64,000 nt of DNA from Bispira polyomma. Taxonomy: Eukaryota. Below, piece after piece: positions 1-13,318 of the stretch. Each line of letters opens with the position of its first letter. The stretch's first letter is position 1. Location of the stretch: contig OZ287751.1 of the NCBI GenBank assembly GCA_965649765.1, forward strand, positions 5,332,001-5,396,000, written 5' to 3'. The notes under the pieces were generated by a model that searched no databases, was not told the DNA's origin, and was given only the letters and a program-made list of their open reading frames with translations. A program made the position numbers and the translations under genes.

Positions 1-53
1 AAAACAGAACTGATAATCATGAGTCTATTTTTTTGCTGTTGTATTTTGTAAAG

Positions 54-120
54 GGTCTTGTGGTGTAGTGGTTATCACATCTGCTTTACACGCAGAAGGT
101 CATAAGTTCGATCAAGATCT
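54..120 (+). pseudogene. tRNA-Val(TAC) pseudogene with 6-bp T-arm deletion (same allele at 1479, 2904, 4329, 5754)
   Basis: GTTCGATCAAGATC in place of GTTCGATCCTCATCAAGACC removes the 3' strand of the T stem. Confidence 0.85.
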
Positions 121-874
121 TTAATACTTTTAATCTGACGAAACATTGCACATGTCATTGAACATTGTCTCATTAGAAATAATCAATTAACATTTCACAA
201 CATGACATGTTGTATTAGTATTCATGTGTTGGCTTTCAATGGCTACCTAAAATTAAATATAAGGCACACAAACTTTTGTTTTGCTTCTGACACTATTTCT
301 GCTGAATATGTGTGTTTCAAAGACAATCTATTGTTGATGTTTACTAGTTGAACCTGAATGCTGATAGAAGGAAAGTGTTGCCGAATCTTCAAGTAATGGA
401 CTAATTAAAAAATTTTCAGCAGCAATACTTCTACTTGTTTTCTCATTTTACCTCTTGAACCATGGCAAAAGTGGATAGCTGCATGAATTTTATACATGTG
501 TGGTGAGGTGAATTTTGATTTGAATCTTGTTAACTATTAAATATAACAGATAGTCAACATTACAAATGTTGAATACTTTGTTTGAATCTTGCATTTAAGA
601 TTCTTTAGTTCTAAAACACCTTTGGTAAATCATGTACAGTAAGGAATCTGATCTTTGCTAATCATCTGTAATGTGTTGCGTCTAAAGTCAGTCTTAAAAA
701 TGCAGACAACATTCATTTAAAGACTGTTCATGAATTTTGTTATGACAAAACCTGCACATTGTCCGACAGAAAGTGTGTATATATTATTGTAGCTTGATAT
801 GCGATTCATTTCTCTCAATTCTAGAACAAACAAAAGGAATTGAAATATAGTGTGTATAACATTAACTATCCTTC

Positions 875-947
875 AACCACCGGCGGGACTCGAACCCGCA
901 ATCCCCGGCTTAGGAGGCCGATGCCTTATCCATTGGGCCACGGTGGC
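875..947 (-). tRNA. trnR: tRNA-Arg(CCT), canonical
   Basis: GCCACCG TG GCCCAATGGATAAGGC A TCGGC CT-CCT-AA GCCGG GGATT GCGGG TTCGAGT CCCGC CGGTGGT T; full cloverleaf, A20, intact A/B boxes. Confidence 0.95.
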
Positions 948-1224
948 TTTTCAGTCTTTAGGTTTTGAATAAATTTTTAGAATTTAATGCTCTCTAACAT
1001 ATGGGCGCCTATGTCAATGACTGGAAGACAAGATCTGCTATGGAGTTCTATAAATTGCTCAGTATGGCAGTAATATTATTCTGTTGACTCTTTCTGCATC
1101 TTTTGCATATCAAACATATTATAAAAATTACTTTACTAATTTTGCAGGAAAAAGGCCTAACAATACGTTTGATGTAATGTTACATTTTGTAGGTTTACAA
1201 AAGTGTTTACGTGTTCCTCAAGCA

Positions 1225-1297
1225 GATCTTATGGTGTAGTGGTTATCACATCTGCTTAACACGCGGAAGGTCATGAGTTCGATCCTCATCAGGACCT
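1225..1297 (+). pseudogene. tRNA-Val(AAC), acceptor-stem mismatches (GATCTTA); similar alleles at 2650, 4075, 5500
   Basis: G2A (plus G7A here and at 2650) unpairs the acceptor stem. Confidence 0.7.
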
Positions 1298-2299
1298 CAA
1301 CATTTAACCAAGGGCATTACTTAGTAACAAGCAATTACTTTTTGTACACAAAAGAGATTGTTACAAAGGTGTTTGTTCTAATAATTAGAAATAATATTTT
1401 AATAGATTTCAATTCTCCCTCTTTAAAACAGAACTGATAATCATGAGTCTAATTTTTTTGCTGTTGTATTTTGTAAAGGGTCTTGTGGTGTAGTGGTTAT
1501 CACATCTGCTTTACACGCAGAAGGTCATAAGTTCGATCAAGATCTTTAATACTTTTAATCTGACGAAACATTGCACATGTCATTGAACATTGTCTCATTA
1601 GAAATAATCAATTAACATTTCACAACATGACATGTTGTATTAGTATTCATGTGTTGGCTTTCAATGGCTACCTAAAATTAAATATAAGGCACACAAACTT
1701 TTGTTTTGCTTCTGACACTATTTCTGCTGAATATGTGTGTTTCAAAGACAATCTATTGTTGATGTTTACTAGTTGAACCTGAATGCTGATAGAAGGAAAG
1801 TGTTGCCGAATCTTCAAGTAATGGACTGATTAAAAAATTTTCAGCAGCAATACTTCTACTTGTTTTCTCATTTTACTTCTTGAACCATGGCAAAAGTGGA
1901 TAGCTGCATGAATTTTATACATGTGTGGTGAGGTGAATTTTGATTTGAATCTTGTTAACTATTAAATATAACAGATAGTCAACATTACAAATGTTGAATA
2001 CTTTGTTTGAATCTTGCATTTAAGATTCTTTAGTTCTAAAACACCTTTGGTAAATCATGTACAGTAAGGAATCTGATCTTTGCTAATCATCTGTAATGTG
2101 TTGCGTCTAAAGTCAGTCTTAAAAATGCAGACAACATTCATTTAAAGACTGTTCATGAATTTTGTTATGACAAAACCTGCACATTGTCCGACAGAAAGTG
2201 TGTATATATTATTGTAGCTTGATATGCGATTCATTTCTCTCAATTCTAGAACAAACAAAAGGAATTGAAATATAGTGTGTATAACATTAACTATCATTC

Positions 2300-2372
2300 A
2301 ACCACCAGCGGGACTCGAACCCGCAATCCCCCGCTTAGGAGGCCGATGCCTTATCCATTGGGCCACGGTGGC
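2300..2372 (-). tRNA. trnR: tRNA-Arg(CCT), anticodon-stem mismatch
   Basis: B box intact; G29:G41 mismatch, G7-U66. Confidence 0.7.
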
Positions 2373-3724
2373 TTTTCAGTCTTTAGGTTTTGAATAAATT
2401 TTTAGAATTTAATGCTCTCTAACATATGGGCGCCTATGTCAATGACTGGAAGACAAGATCTGCTATGGAGTTCTATAAATTGCTCAGTATGGCAGTAATA
2501 TTATTCTGTTGACTCTTTCTGCATCTTTTGCATATCAAACATATTATAAAAATTACTTTACTAATTTTGCAGGAAAAAGGCCTAACAATACGTTTGATGT
2601 AATGTTACATTTTGTAGGTTTACAAAAGTGTTTACGTGTTCCTCAAGCAGATCTTATGGTGTAGTGGTTATCACATCTGCTTAACATGCAGAAGGTCATG
2701 AGTTCGATCCTCATCAGGACCTCAACATTTAACCAAGGGCATTACTTAGTAACAAGCAATTACTTTTTGTACACAAAAGAGATTGTTACAAAGGTGTTTG
2801 TTCTAATAATTAGAAATAATATTTTAATAGATTTCAATTCTCCCTCTTTAAAACAGAACTGATAATCATGAGTCTAATTTTTTTGCTGTTGTATTTTGTA
2901 AAGGGTCTTGTGGTGTAGTGGTTATCACATCTGCTTTACACGCAGAAGGTCATAAGTTCGATCAAGATCTTTAATACTTTTAATCTGACGAAACATTGCA
3001 CATGTCATTGAACATTGTCTCATTAGAAATAATCAATTAACATTTCACAACATGACATGTTGTATTAGTATTCATGTGTTGGCTTTCAATGGCTACCTAA
3101 AATTAAATATAAGGCACACAAACTTTTGTTTTGCTTCTGACACTATTTCTGCTGAATATGTGTGTTTCAAAGACAATCTATTGTTGATGTTTACTAGTTG
3201 AACCTGAATGCTGATAGAAGGAAAGTGTTGCCGAATCTTCAAGTAATGGACTGATTAAAAAATTTTCAGCAGCAATACTTCTACTTGTTTTCTCATTTTA
3301 CCTCTTGAACCATGGCAAAAGTGGATAGCTGCATGAATTTTATACATGTGTGGTGAGGTGAATTTTGATTTGAATCTTGTTAACTATTAAATATAACAGA
3401 TAGTCAACATTACAAATGTTGAATACTTTGTTTGAATCTTGCATTTAAGATTCTTTAGTTCTAAAACACCTTTGGTAAATCATGTACAGTAAGGAATCTG
3501 ATCTTTGCTAATCATCTGTAATGTGTTGCGTCTAAAGTCAGTCTTAAAAATGCAGACAACATTCATTTAAAGACTGTTCATGAATTTTGTTATGACAAAA
3601 CCTGCACATTGTCCGACAGAAAGTGTGTATATATTATTGTAGCTTGATATGCGATTCATTTCTCTCAATTCTAGAACAAACAAAAGGAATTGAAATATAG
3701 TGTGTATAACATTAACTACCCATC

Positions 3725-3797
3725 AACCACCGGCAGGACTCCAACCCGCAATCCCCGGCTTAGGAGGCCGATGCCTTATCCATTGGGCCACGGTGGC
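3725..3797 (-). pseudogene. tRNA-Arg(CCT), C56G B-box allele
   Basis: T loop TTGGAGT. Confidence 0.8.
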
Positions 3798-5149
3798 TTT
3801 TCAGTCTGCAGATTCTGAAAAAAATTTTAGAATTTAATGCTCTCTAACATATGGGAGCCTATGTCAATGACTGGAAGACAAGATCTGCTATGGAGTTCTA
3901 TAAATTGCTCAGTATGGCAGTAATATTATTCTGTTGACTCTTTCTGCATCTTTTGCATATCAAACATATTATAAAAATTACTTTACTAATTTTGCAGGAA
4001 AAAGGCCTAACAATACGTTTGATGTAATGTTACATTTTGTAGGTTTACAAAAGTGTTTACGTGTTCCTCAAGCAGATCTTGTGGTGTAGTGGTTATCACA
4101 TCTGCTTAACACGCAGAAGGTCATGAGTTCGATCCTCATCAGGACCTCAACATTTAACCAAGGGCATTACTTAGTAACAAGCAATTACTTTTTGTACACA
4201 AAAGAGATTGTTACAAAGGTGTTTGTTCTAATAATTAGAAATAATATTTTAATAGATTTCAATTCTCCCTCTTTAAAACAGAACTGATAATCATGAGTCT
4301 AATTTTTTTGCTGTTGTATTTTGTAAAGGGTCTTGTGGTGTAGTGGTTATCACATCTGCTTTACACGCAGAAGGTCATAAGTTCGATCAAGATCTTTAAT
4401 ACTTTTAATCTGACGAAACATTGCACATGTCATTGAACATTGTCTCATTAGAAATAATCAATTAACATTTCACAACATGACATGTTGTATTAGTATTCAT
4501 GTGTTGGCTTTCAATGGCTACCTAAAATTAAATATAAGGCACACAAACTTTTGTTTTGCTTCTGACACTATTTCTGCTGAATATGTGTGTTTCAAAGACA
4601 ATCTATTGTTGATGTTTACTAGTTGAACCTGAATGCTGATAGAAGGAAAGTGTTGCCGAATCTTCAAGTAATGGACTGATTAAAAAATTTTCAGCAGCAA
4701 TACTTCTACTTGTTTTCTCATTTTACCTCTTGAACCATGGCAAAAGTGGATAGCTGCATGAATTTTATACATGTGTGGTGAGGTGAATTTTGATTTGAAT
4801 CTTGTTAACTATTAAATATAACAGATAGTCAACATTACAAATGTTGAATACTTTGTTTGAATCTTGCATTTAAGATTCTTTAGTTCTAAAACACCTTTGG
4901 TAAATCATGTACAGTAAGGAATCTGATCTTTGCTAATCATCTGTAATGTGTTGCGTCTAAAGTCAGTCTTAAAAATGCAGACAACATTCATTTAAAGACT
5001 GTTCATGAATTTTGTTATGACAAAACCTGCACATTGTCCGACAGAAAGTGTGTATATATTATTGTAGCTTGATATGCGATTCATTTCTCTCAATTCTAGA
5101 ACAAACAAAAGGAATTGAAATATAGTGTGTATAACATTAACTACCCATC

Positions 5150-5222
5150 AACCACCGGCAGGACTCCAACCCGCAATCCCCGGCTTAGGAGGCCGATGCC
5201 TTATCCATTGGGCCACGGTGGC
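5150..5222 (-). pseudogene. tRNA-Arg(CCT), C56G
   Basis: T loop TTGGAGT. Confidence 0.8.
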
Positions 5223-6574
5223 TTTTCAGTCTGCAGATTCTGAAAAAAATTTTAGAATTTAATGCTCTCTAACATATGGGAGCCTATGTCAATGACTGGA
5301 AGACAAGATCTGCTATGGAGTTCTATAAATTGCTCAGTATGGCAGTAATATTATTCTGTTGACTCTTTCTGCATCTTTTGCATATCAAACATATTATAAA
5401 AATTACTTTACTAATTTTGCAGGAAAAAGGCCTAACAATACGTTTGATGTAATGTTACATTTTGTAGGTTTACAAAAGTGTTTACGTGTTCCTCAAGCAG
5501 ATCTTGTGGTGTAGTGGTTATCACATCTGCTTAACACGCAGAAGGTCATGAGTTCGATCCTCATCAGGACCTCAACATTTAACCAAGGGCATTACTTAGT
5601 AACAAGCAATTACTTTTTGTACACAAAAGAGATTGTTACAAAGGTGTTTGTTCTAATAATTAGAAATAATATTTTAATAGATTTCAATTCTCCCTCTTTA
5701 AAACAGAACTGATAATCATGAGTCTAATTTTTTTGCTGTTGTATTTTGTAAAGGGTCTTGTGGTGTAGTGGTTATCACATCTGCTTTACACGCAGAAGGT
5801 CATAAGTTCGATCAAGATCTTTAATACTTTTAATCTGACGAAACATTGCACATGTCATTGAACATTGTCTCATTAGAAATAATCAATTAACATTTCACAA
5901 CATGACATGTTGTATTAGTATTCATGTGTTGGCTTTCAATGGCTACCTAAAATTAAATATAAGGCACACAAACTTTTGTTTTGCTTCTGACACTATTTCT
6001 GCTGAATATGTGTGTTTCAAAGACAATCTATTGTTGATGTTTACTAGTTGAACCTGAATGCTGATAGAAGGAAAGTGTTGCCGAATCTTCAAGTAATGGA
6101 CTGATTAAAAAATTTTCAGCAGCAATACTTCTACTTGTTTTCTCATTTTACCTCTTGAACCATGGCAAAAGTGGATAGCTGCATGAATTTTATACATGTG
6201 TGGTGAGGTGAATTTTGATTTGAATCTTGTTAACTATTAAATATAACAGATAGTCAACATTACAAATGTTGAATACTTTGTTTGAATCTTGCATTTAAGA
6301 TTCTTTAGTTCTAAAACACCTTTGGTAAATCATGTACAGTAAGGAATCTGATCTTTGCTAATCATCTGTAATGTGTTGCGTCTAAAGTCAGTCTTAAAAA
6401 TGCAGACAACATTCATTTAAAGACTGTTCATGAATTTTGTTATGACAAAACCTGCACATTGTCCGACAGAAAGTGTGTATATATTATTGTAGCTTGATAT
6501 GCGATTCATTTCTCTCAATTCTAGAACAAACAAAAGGAATTGAAATATAGTGTGTATAACATTAACTACCCATC

Positions 6575-6647
6575 AACCACCGGCAGGACTCCAACCCGCA
6601 ATCCCCGGCTTAGGAGGCCGATGCCTTATCCATTGGGCCACGGTGGC
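6575..6647 (-). pseudogene. tRNA-Arg(CCT), C56G
   Basis: T loop TTGGAGT. Confidence 0.8.
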
Positions 6648-6924
6648 TTTTCAGTCTGCAGATTCTGAAAAAATTTTTAGAATTTAATGCTTTCTAACAT
6701 ATGGGAGCCTATGTCAATGACTGGAAGACAAGATCTGCTATGGAGTTCTATAAATTGCTCAGTATGGCAGTAATATTATTCTGTTGCCTCTTTCTTCATC
6801 TTTTGCATATCAAACATATTATAAAAATTACTTTACTAATTTTGCAGGAAAAAGGCCTAACAATACGTTTGATGTAATGTTACATTTTGTAGGTTTACAA
6901 AAGTGTTTACGTGTTCCTCAAGCA

Positions 6925-6997
6925 GGTGTTGTGGTGTAGTGGTTATCACATCTGCTTAACACGCAGAAGGTCATGAGTTCGATCATCATCAGGACAT
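6925..6997 (+). pseudogene. tRNA-Val(AAC) GGTGTTG/CAGGACA allele (also 9118, 10803, 14423, 18301, 19732, 23356, 25042)
   Basis: G1:A72 and G4:G69 mismatches, C61A in the B box. Confidence 0.75.
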
Positions 6998-7178
6998 CAA
7001 CATTTAACCAAGGGCATTGCTTAGTAACAAGCAATTACTTTTTGTACACAAAAGAGATTGTTACAAAGGTGTTTGTTCTGATAATTAGAAATAATATTTT
7101 AATAGATTTCAATTCTCCCTCTTTAAAACAGAACTGATAATCATGAGTCTGATTTTTTTGCTGTTGTATTTAGTAAAG

Positions 7179-7251
7179 GGTCTTGTGGTGTAGTGGTTAT
7201 CACATCTGCTTAACACGCAGAAGGTCATGAGTTCGATCCTCATCAGGACCT
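7179..7251 (+). tRNA. trnV: tRNA-Val(AAC), intact
   Basis: GGTCTTG TG GTGTAGTGGTTATCAC A TCTGC TT-AAC-AC GCAGA AGGTC ATGAG TTCGATC CTCAT CAGGACC T. Confidence 0.88.
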
Positions 7252-7940
7252 CAACATTTAACGAAGGGCATTGCTTAGTAACAAGCAATTTCTTTTTGTA
7301 CACAAAAGAGATTGTTACAAAGGTGTTTGTTCTAATAATTAGAAATAATATTTTAATAGATTTCAATTCTCTCCCTTTAAAACAGAACTGATAATCATGA
7401 GTCTGATTTTTTTGCTGTTGTATTTTGTAAATGGTCTTGTGGTGTAGTGGTTATCACATCTGCTTAACACGCAGAAGGTCATGAGTTCGATCATCATCAG
7501 GACATCAACATTTAACCAAGGGCATTGCTTAGTAACAAGCAATTACTTTTTGTACACAAAAGAGATTGTTACAAAGGTGTTTGTTCTGATAATTAGAAAT
7601 AATATTTTAATAGATTTCAATTCTCCCTCTTTAAAACAGAACTGATAATCATGAGTCTGATTTTTTTGCTGTTGTATTTAGTAAAGGGTCTTGTGGTGTA
7701 GTGGTTATCACATCTGCTTAACACGCAGAAGATCATGAGTTCGATCCTCATCAGGACCTCAACATTTAACCAAGGGCATTGCTTAGTAACAAGCAATTTC
7801 TTTTTGTACACAAAAGAGATTGTTACAAAGTTGTTTGTTCTAATAATTAGAAATAATATTTTAATAGATTTCAATTCTCTCCCTTTAAAACAGAACTGAT
7901 AATCATGAGTCTGATTTTTTTGCTGTTGTATTTTGTAAAT

Positions 7941-8013
7941 GGTCTTGTGGTGTAGTGGTTATCACATCTGCTTTACACGCAGAAGGTCATGAGTTCGATC
8001 CTCATCAAGACCT
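7941..8013 (+). tRNA. trnV: tRNA-Val(TAC), intact
   Basis: Same body with TT-TAC-AC loop; acceptor stem GGTCTTG/CAAGACC fully paired. Confidence 0.9.
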
Positions 8014-8767
8014 TTAATACTTCTAATCTGACGAAACATTGCACATGTCATTGAAAATTGTCTCATTAGAAATAATCAATTAACATTTCACAACATGACA
8101 TGTTGTATTAGTATTCATGTGTTGGCTTTCAATGGCTACCTAAAATTAAATATAAGGCACACAAACTTTTGTTTTGCTTCTGACACTATTTCTGCTGAAT
8201 ATGTGTGTTTCAAAGACAATCTATTGTTGATGTTTACTAGTTGAACCTGAATGCTGATAGAAGGAAAGTGTTGCCGAATCTTCAAGTAATGGACTGATTA
8301 AAAAATTTTCAGCAGCAATACTTCTACTTGTTTTCTCATTTTACCTCTTGAACCATGGCAAAAGTGGATAGCTGCATGAATTTTATACATGTGTGGTGAG
8401 GTGAATTTTGATTTGAATCTTGTTAACTATTAAATATAACAGATAGTCAACATTACAAATGTTGAATACTTTGTTTGAATCTTGCATTTAAGATTCTTTA
8501 GTTCTAAAACACCTTTGGTAAATCATGTACAGTAAGGAATCTGATCTTTGCTAATCATCTGTAATGTGTTGCGTCTAAAGTCAGTCTTAAAAATGCAGAC
8601 AACATTCATTTAAAGACTGTTCATGAATTTTGTTATGACAAAACCTGCACATTGTCCGACAGAAAGTGTGTATATATTATTGTAGCTTGATATGCGATTC
8701 ATTTCTCTCAATTCTAGAACAAACAAAAGGAATTGAAATATAGTGTGTATAACATTAACTACCCATC

Positions 8768-8840
8768 AACCACCGGCAGGACTCCAACCCGCAATCCCCG
8801 GCTTAGGAGGCCGATGCCTTATCCATTGGGCCACGGTGGC
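8768..8840 (-). pseudogene. tRNA-Arg(CCT), C56G
   Basis: T loop TTGGAGT. Confidence 0.8.
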
Positions 8841-9371
8841 TTTTCAGTCTGTAGATTCTGAAAAAATTTTTAGAATTTAATGCTCTCTAACATATGGGAG
8901 CCTATGTCAATGACTGGAAGACAAGATCTGCTATGGAGTTCTATAAATTGCTCAGTATGGCAGTAATATTATTCTGTTGCCTCTTTCTTCATCTTTTGCA
9001 TATCAAACATATTATAAAAATTACTTTACTAATTTTGCAGGAAAAAGGCCAAACAATACGTTTGATGTAATGTTACATTTTGTAGGTTTACAAAAGTGTT
9101 TACGTGTTCCTCAAGCAGGTGTTGTGGTGTAGTGGTTATCACATCTGCTTAACACGCAGAAGGTCATGAGTTCGATCATCATCAGGACATCAACATTTAA
9201 CCAAGGGCATTGCTTAGTAACAAGCAATTACTTTTTGTACACAAAAGAGATTGTTACAAAGGTGTTTGTTCTGATAATTAGAAATAATATTTTAATAGAT
9301 TTCAATTCTCCCTCTTTAAAACAGAACTGATAATCATGAGTCTGATTTTTTTGCTGTTGTATTTAGTAACG

Positions 9372-9444
9372 GGTCTTGTGGTGTAGTGGTTATCACATCT
9401 GCTTAACACGCAGAAGGTCATGAGTTCGATCCTCATCAAGACCT
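9372..9444 (+). tRNA. trnV: tRNA-Val(AAC), intact
   Basis: Full cloverleaf, CAAGACC 3' strand. Confidence 0.88.
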
Positions 9445-9625
9445 CAACATTTAACCAAGGGCATTGCTTAGTAACAAGCAATTTCTTTTTGTACACAAAA
9501 GAGATTGTTACAAAGGTGTTTGTTCTAATAATTAGAAATAATATTTTAATAGATTTCAATTCTCTCCCTTTAAAACAGAACTGATAATCATGAGTCTGAT
9601 TTTTTTGCTGTTGTATTTTGTAAAT

Positions 9626-9698
9626 GGTCTTGTGGTGTAGTGGTTATCACATCTGCTTTACACGCAGAAGGTCATGAGTTCGATCCTCATCAAGATCT
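9626..9698 (+). tRNA. trnV: tRNA-Val(TAC), G2-U71 variant (also 20240)
   Basis: Cloverleaf with CAAGATC 3' strand. Confidence 0.85.
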
Positions 9699-10452
9699 TT
9701 AATACTTTTAATCTGACGAAACATTGCACATGTCATTGAACATTGTCTCATTAGAAATAATCAATTAACATTTCACAACATGACATGTTGTATTAGTATT
9801 CATGTGTTGGCTTTCAATGGCTACCTAAAATTAAATATAAGGCACACAAACTTTTGTTTTGCTTCTGACACTATTTCTGCTGAATATGTGTGTTTCAAAG
9901 ACAATCTATTGTTGATGTTTACTAGTTGAACCTGAATGCTGATAGAAGGAAAGTGTTGCCGAATCTTCAAGTAATGGACTGATTAAAAAATTTTCAGCAG
10001 CAATACTTCTACTTGTTTTCTCATTTTACCTCTTGAACCATGGCAAAAGTGGATAGCTGCATGAATTTTATACATGTGTGGTGAGGTGAATTTTGATTTG
10101 AATCTTGTTAACTATTAAATATAACAGATAGTCAACATTACAAATGTTGAATACTTTGTTTGAATCTTGCATTTAAGATTCTTTAGTTCTAAAACACCTT
10201 TGGTAAATCATGTACAGTAAGGAATCTGATCTTTGCTAATCATCTGTAATGTGTTGCGTCTAAAGTCAGTCTTAAAAATGCAGACAACATTCATTTAAAG
10301 ACTGTTCATGAATTTTGTTATGACAAAACCTGCACATTGTCCGACAGAAAGTGTGTATATATTATTGTAGCTTGATATGCGATTCATTTCTCTCAATTCT
10401 AGAACAAACAAAAGGAATTGAAATATAGTGTGTATAACATTAACTACCCATC

Positions 10453-10525
10453 AACCACCGGCAGGACTCCAACCCGCAATCCCCGGCTTAGGAGGCCGAT
10501 GCCTTATCCATTGGGCCACGGTGGC
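10453..10525 (-). pseudogene. tRNA-Arg(CCT), C56G
   Basis: T loop TTGGAGT. Confidence 0.8.
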
Positions 10526-11056
10526 TTTTCAGTCTGCAGATTCTGAAAAATTTTTTAGAATTTAATGCTCTCTAACATATGGGAGCCTATGTCAATGACT
10601 GGAAGACAAGATCTGCTATGGAGTTCTATAAATTGCTCAGTATGGCAGTAATATTATTCTGTTGCCTCTTTCTTCATCTTTTGCATATCAAACATATTAT
10701 AAAAATTACTTTACTAATTTTGCAGGAAAAAGGCCTAACAATACGTTTGATGTAATGTTACATTTTGTAGGTTTACAAAAGTGTTTACGTGTTCCTCAAG
10801 CAGGTGTTGTGGTGTAGTGGTTATCACATCTGCTTAACACGCAGAAGGTCATGAGTTCGATCATCATCAGGACATCAACATTTAACCAAGGGCATTGCTT
10901 AGTAACAAGCAATTACTTTTTGTACACAAAAGAGATTGTTACAAAGGTGTTTGTTCTGATAATTAGAAATAATATTTTAATAGATTTCAATTCTCCCTCT
11001 TTAAAACAGAACTGATAATCATGAGTCTGATTTTTTTGCTGTTGTATTTAGTAAAG

Positions 11057-11129
11057 GGTCTTGTGGTGTAGTGGTTATCACATCTGCTTTACACGCAGAA
11101 GGTCATGAGTTCGATCCTCATCAAGACCT
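11057..11129 (+). tRNA. trnV: tRNA-Val(TAC), intact
   Basis: Full cloverleaf. Confidence 0.9.
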
Positions 11130-11883
11130 TTAATACTTCTAATCTGACGAAACATTGCACATGTCATTGAACATTGTCTCATTAGAAATAATCAATTAAC
11201 ATTTCACAACATGACATGTTGTATTAGTATTCATGTGTTGGCTTTCAATGGCTACCTAAAATTAAATATAAGGCACACAAACTTTTGTTTTGCTTCTGAC
11301 ACTATTTCTGCTGAATATGTGTGTTTCAAAGACAATCTATTGTTGATGTTTACTAGTTGAACCTGAATGCTGATAGAAGGAAAGTGTTGCCGAATCTTCA
11401 AGTAATGGACTGATTAAAAAATTTTCAGCAGCAATACTTCTACTTGTTTTCTCATTTTACCTCTTGAACCATGGCAAAAGTGGATAGCTGCATGAATTTT
11501 ATACATGTGTGGTGAGGTGAATTTTGATTTGAATCTTGTTAACTATTAAATATAACAGATAGTCAACATTACAAATGTTGAATACTTTGTTTGAATCTTG
11601 CATTTAAGATTCTTTAGTTCTAAAACACCTTTGGTAAATCATGTACAGTAAGGAATCTGATCTTTGCTAATCATCTGTAATGTGTTGCGTCTAAAGTCAG
11701 TCTTAAAAATGCAGACAACATTCATTTAAAGACTGTTCATGAATTTTGTTATGACAAAACCTGCACATTGTCCGACAGAAAGTGTGTATATATTATTGTA
11801 GCTTGATATGCGATTCATTTCTCTCAATTCTAGAACAAACAAAAGGAATTGAAATATAGTGTGTATAACATTAACTACCCATC

Positions 11884-11956
11884 AACCACCGGCAGGACTC
11901 CAACCCGCAATCCCCGGCTTAGGAGGCCGATGCCTTATCCATTGGGCCACAGTGGC
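11884..11956 (-). pseudogene. tRNA-Arg(CCT), C56G
   Basis: T loop TTGGAGT. Confidence 0.8.
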
Positions 11957-13249
11957 TTTTCAGTCTGTAGATTCTGAAAAAATTTTTAGAATTTAATGCT
12001 CTCTAACATATGGGAGCCTATGTCAATGACTGGAAGACAAGATCTGCTATGGAGTTCTATAAATTGCTCAGTATGGCAGTAATATTATTCTGTTGCCTCT
12101 TTCTTCATCTTTTGCATATCAAACATATTATAAAAATTACTTTACTAATTTTGCAGGAAAAAGGCCAAACAATACGTTTGATGTAATGTTACATTTTGTA
12201 GGTTTACAAAAGTGTTTACGTGTTCCTCAAGCAGGTCTTGTGGTGTAGTGGTTATCACATCTGCTTAACCCGCAGAAGGTCATGAGTTCGATCCTCATCA
12301 AGACATCAACATTTAACCAAGGGCATTGCTTAGTAACAAGCAATTACTTTTTGTACACAAAAGAGATTGTTACAAAGGTGTTTGTTCTGATAATTAGAAA
12401 TAATATTTTAATAGATTTCAATTCTCCCTCTTTAAAACAGAACTGATAATCATGAGTCTGATTTTTTTGCTGTTGTATTTTATAAAGGGTCTTGTGGTAT
12501 AGTGGTTATCACATCTGCTTAACACGCAGAAGGTCATGAGTTCGATCCTTATCAGGACCTTAACATTTAACCAAGGGCATTGCTTAGTAACAAGCAATTT
12601 CTTTTTGTACACAAAAGAGATTGTTACAAAGGTGTTTGTTCTAATAATTAGAAATAATATTTTAATAGATTTCAATTCTCTCCCTTTAAAACAGAACTGA
12701 TAATCATGAGTCTGATTTTTTTGCTGTTGTATTTTGTAAATGGTCTTGTGGTGTAGTGGTTATCACATCTGCTTAACCTGCAGAAGGTCATGAGTTCGAT
12801 CCTCATCAGGACCTCAACATTTAACCAAGGGCATTGCTTAGTAACAAGCAATTACTTTTTGTACACAAAAGAGATTGTTACAAAGGTGTTTGTTCTGATA
12901 ATTAGAAATAATATTTTAATAGATTTCAATTCTCCCTCTTTAAAACAGAACTGATAATCATGAGTCTGATTTTTTTGCTGTTGTATTTTGTAAAGGGTCT
13001 TGTGGTGTAGTGGTTATCACATCTGCTTAACACGCAGAAGGTCATGAGTTAGATCCTCATCAGGACCTCAACATTTAACCAAGGGCATTGCTTAGTAACA
13101 AGCAATTACTTTTTGTACACAAAAGAGATTGTTACAAAGGTGTTTGTTCTGATAATTAGAAATAATATTTTAATAGATTTCAATTCTCCCTCTTTAAAAC
13201 AGAACTGATAATCATGAGTCTAATTTTTTTGCTGTTGTATTTTGTAAAG

Positions 13250-13318
13250 GGTCTTGTGGTGTAGTGGTTATCACATCTGCTTTACACGCAGAAGGTCTCA
13301 CGATCCTCATCAAGACCT
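13250..13318 (+). pseudogene. tRNA-Val(TAC) with disrupted T arm
   Basis: AGGTCTCACGATCC replaces AGGTCATGAGTTCGATCC (net -4 bp, B box lost). Confidence 0.8.

Noticed and set aside
121-1224. 5S rRNA, snRNA or SL RNA in the array spacers (AATTTTG Sm-like sites)
   Set aside because: No 5S, U1, U2, U5 or U6 hallmark recognised; Sm-like heptamers are expected in AT-rich DNA. An Rfam scan would settle it.
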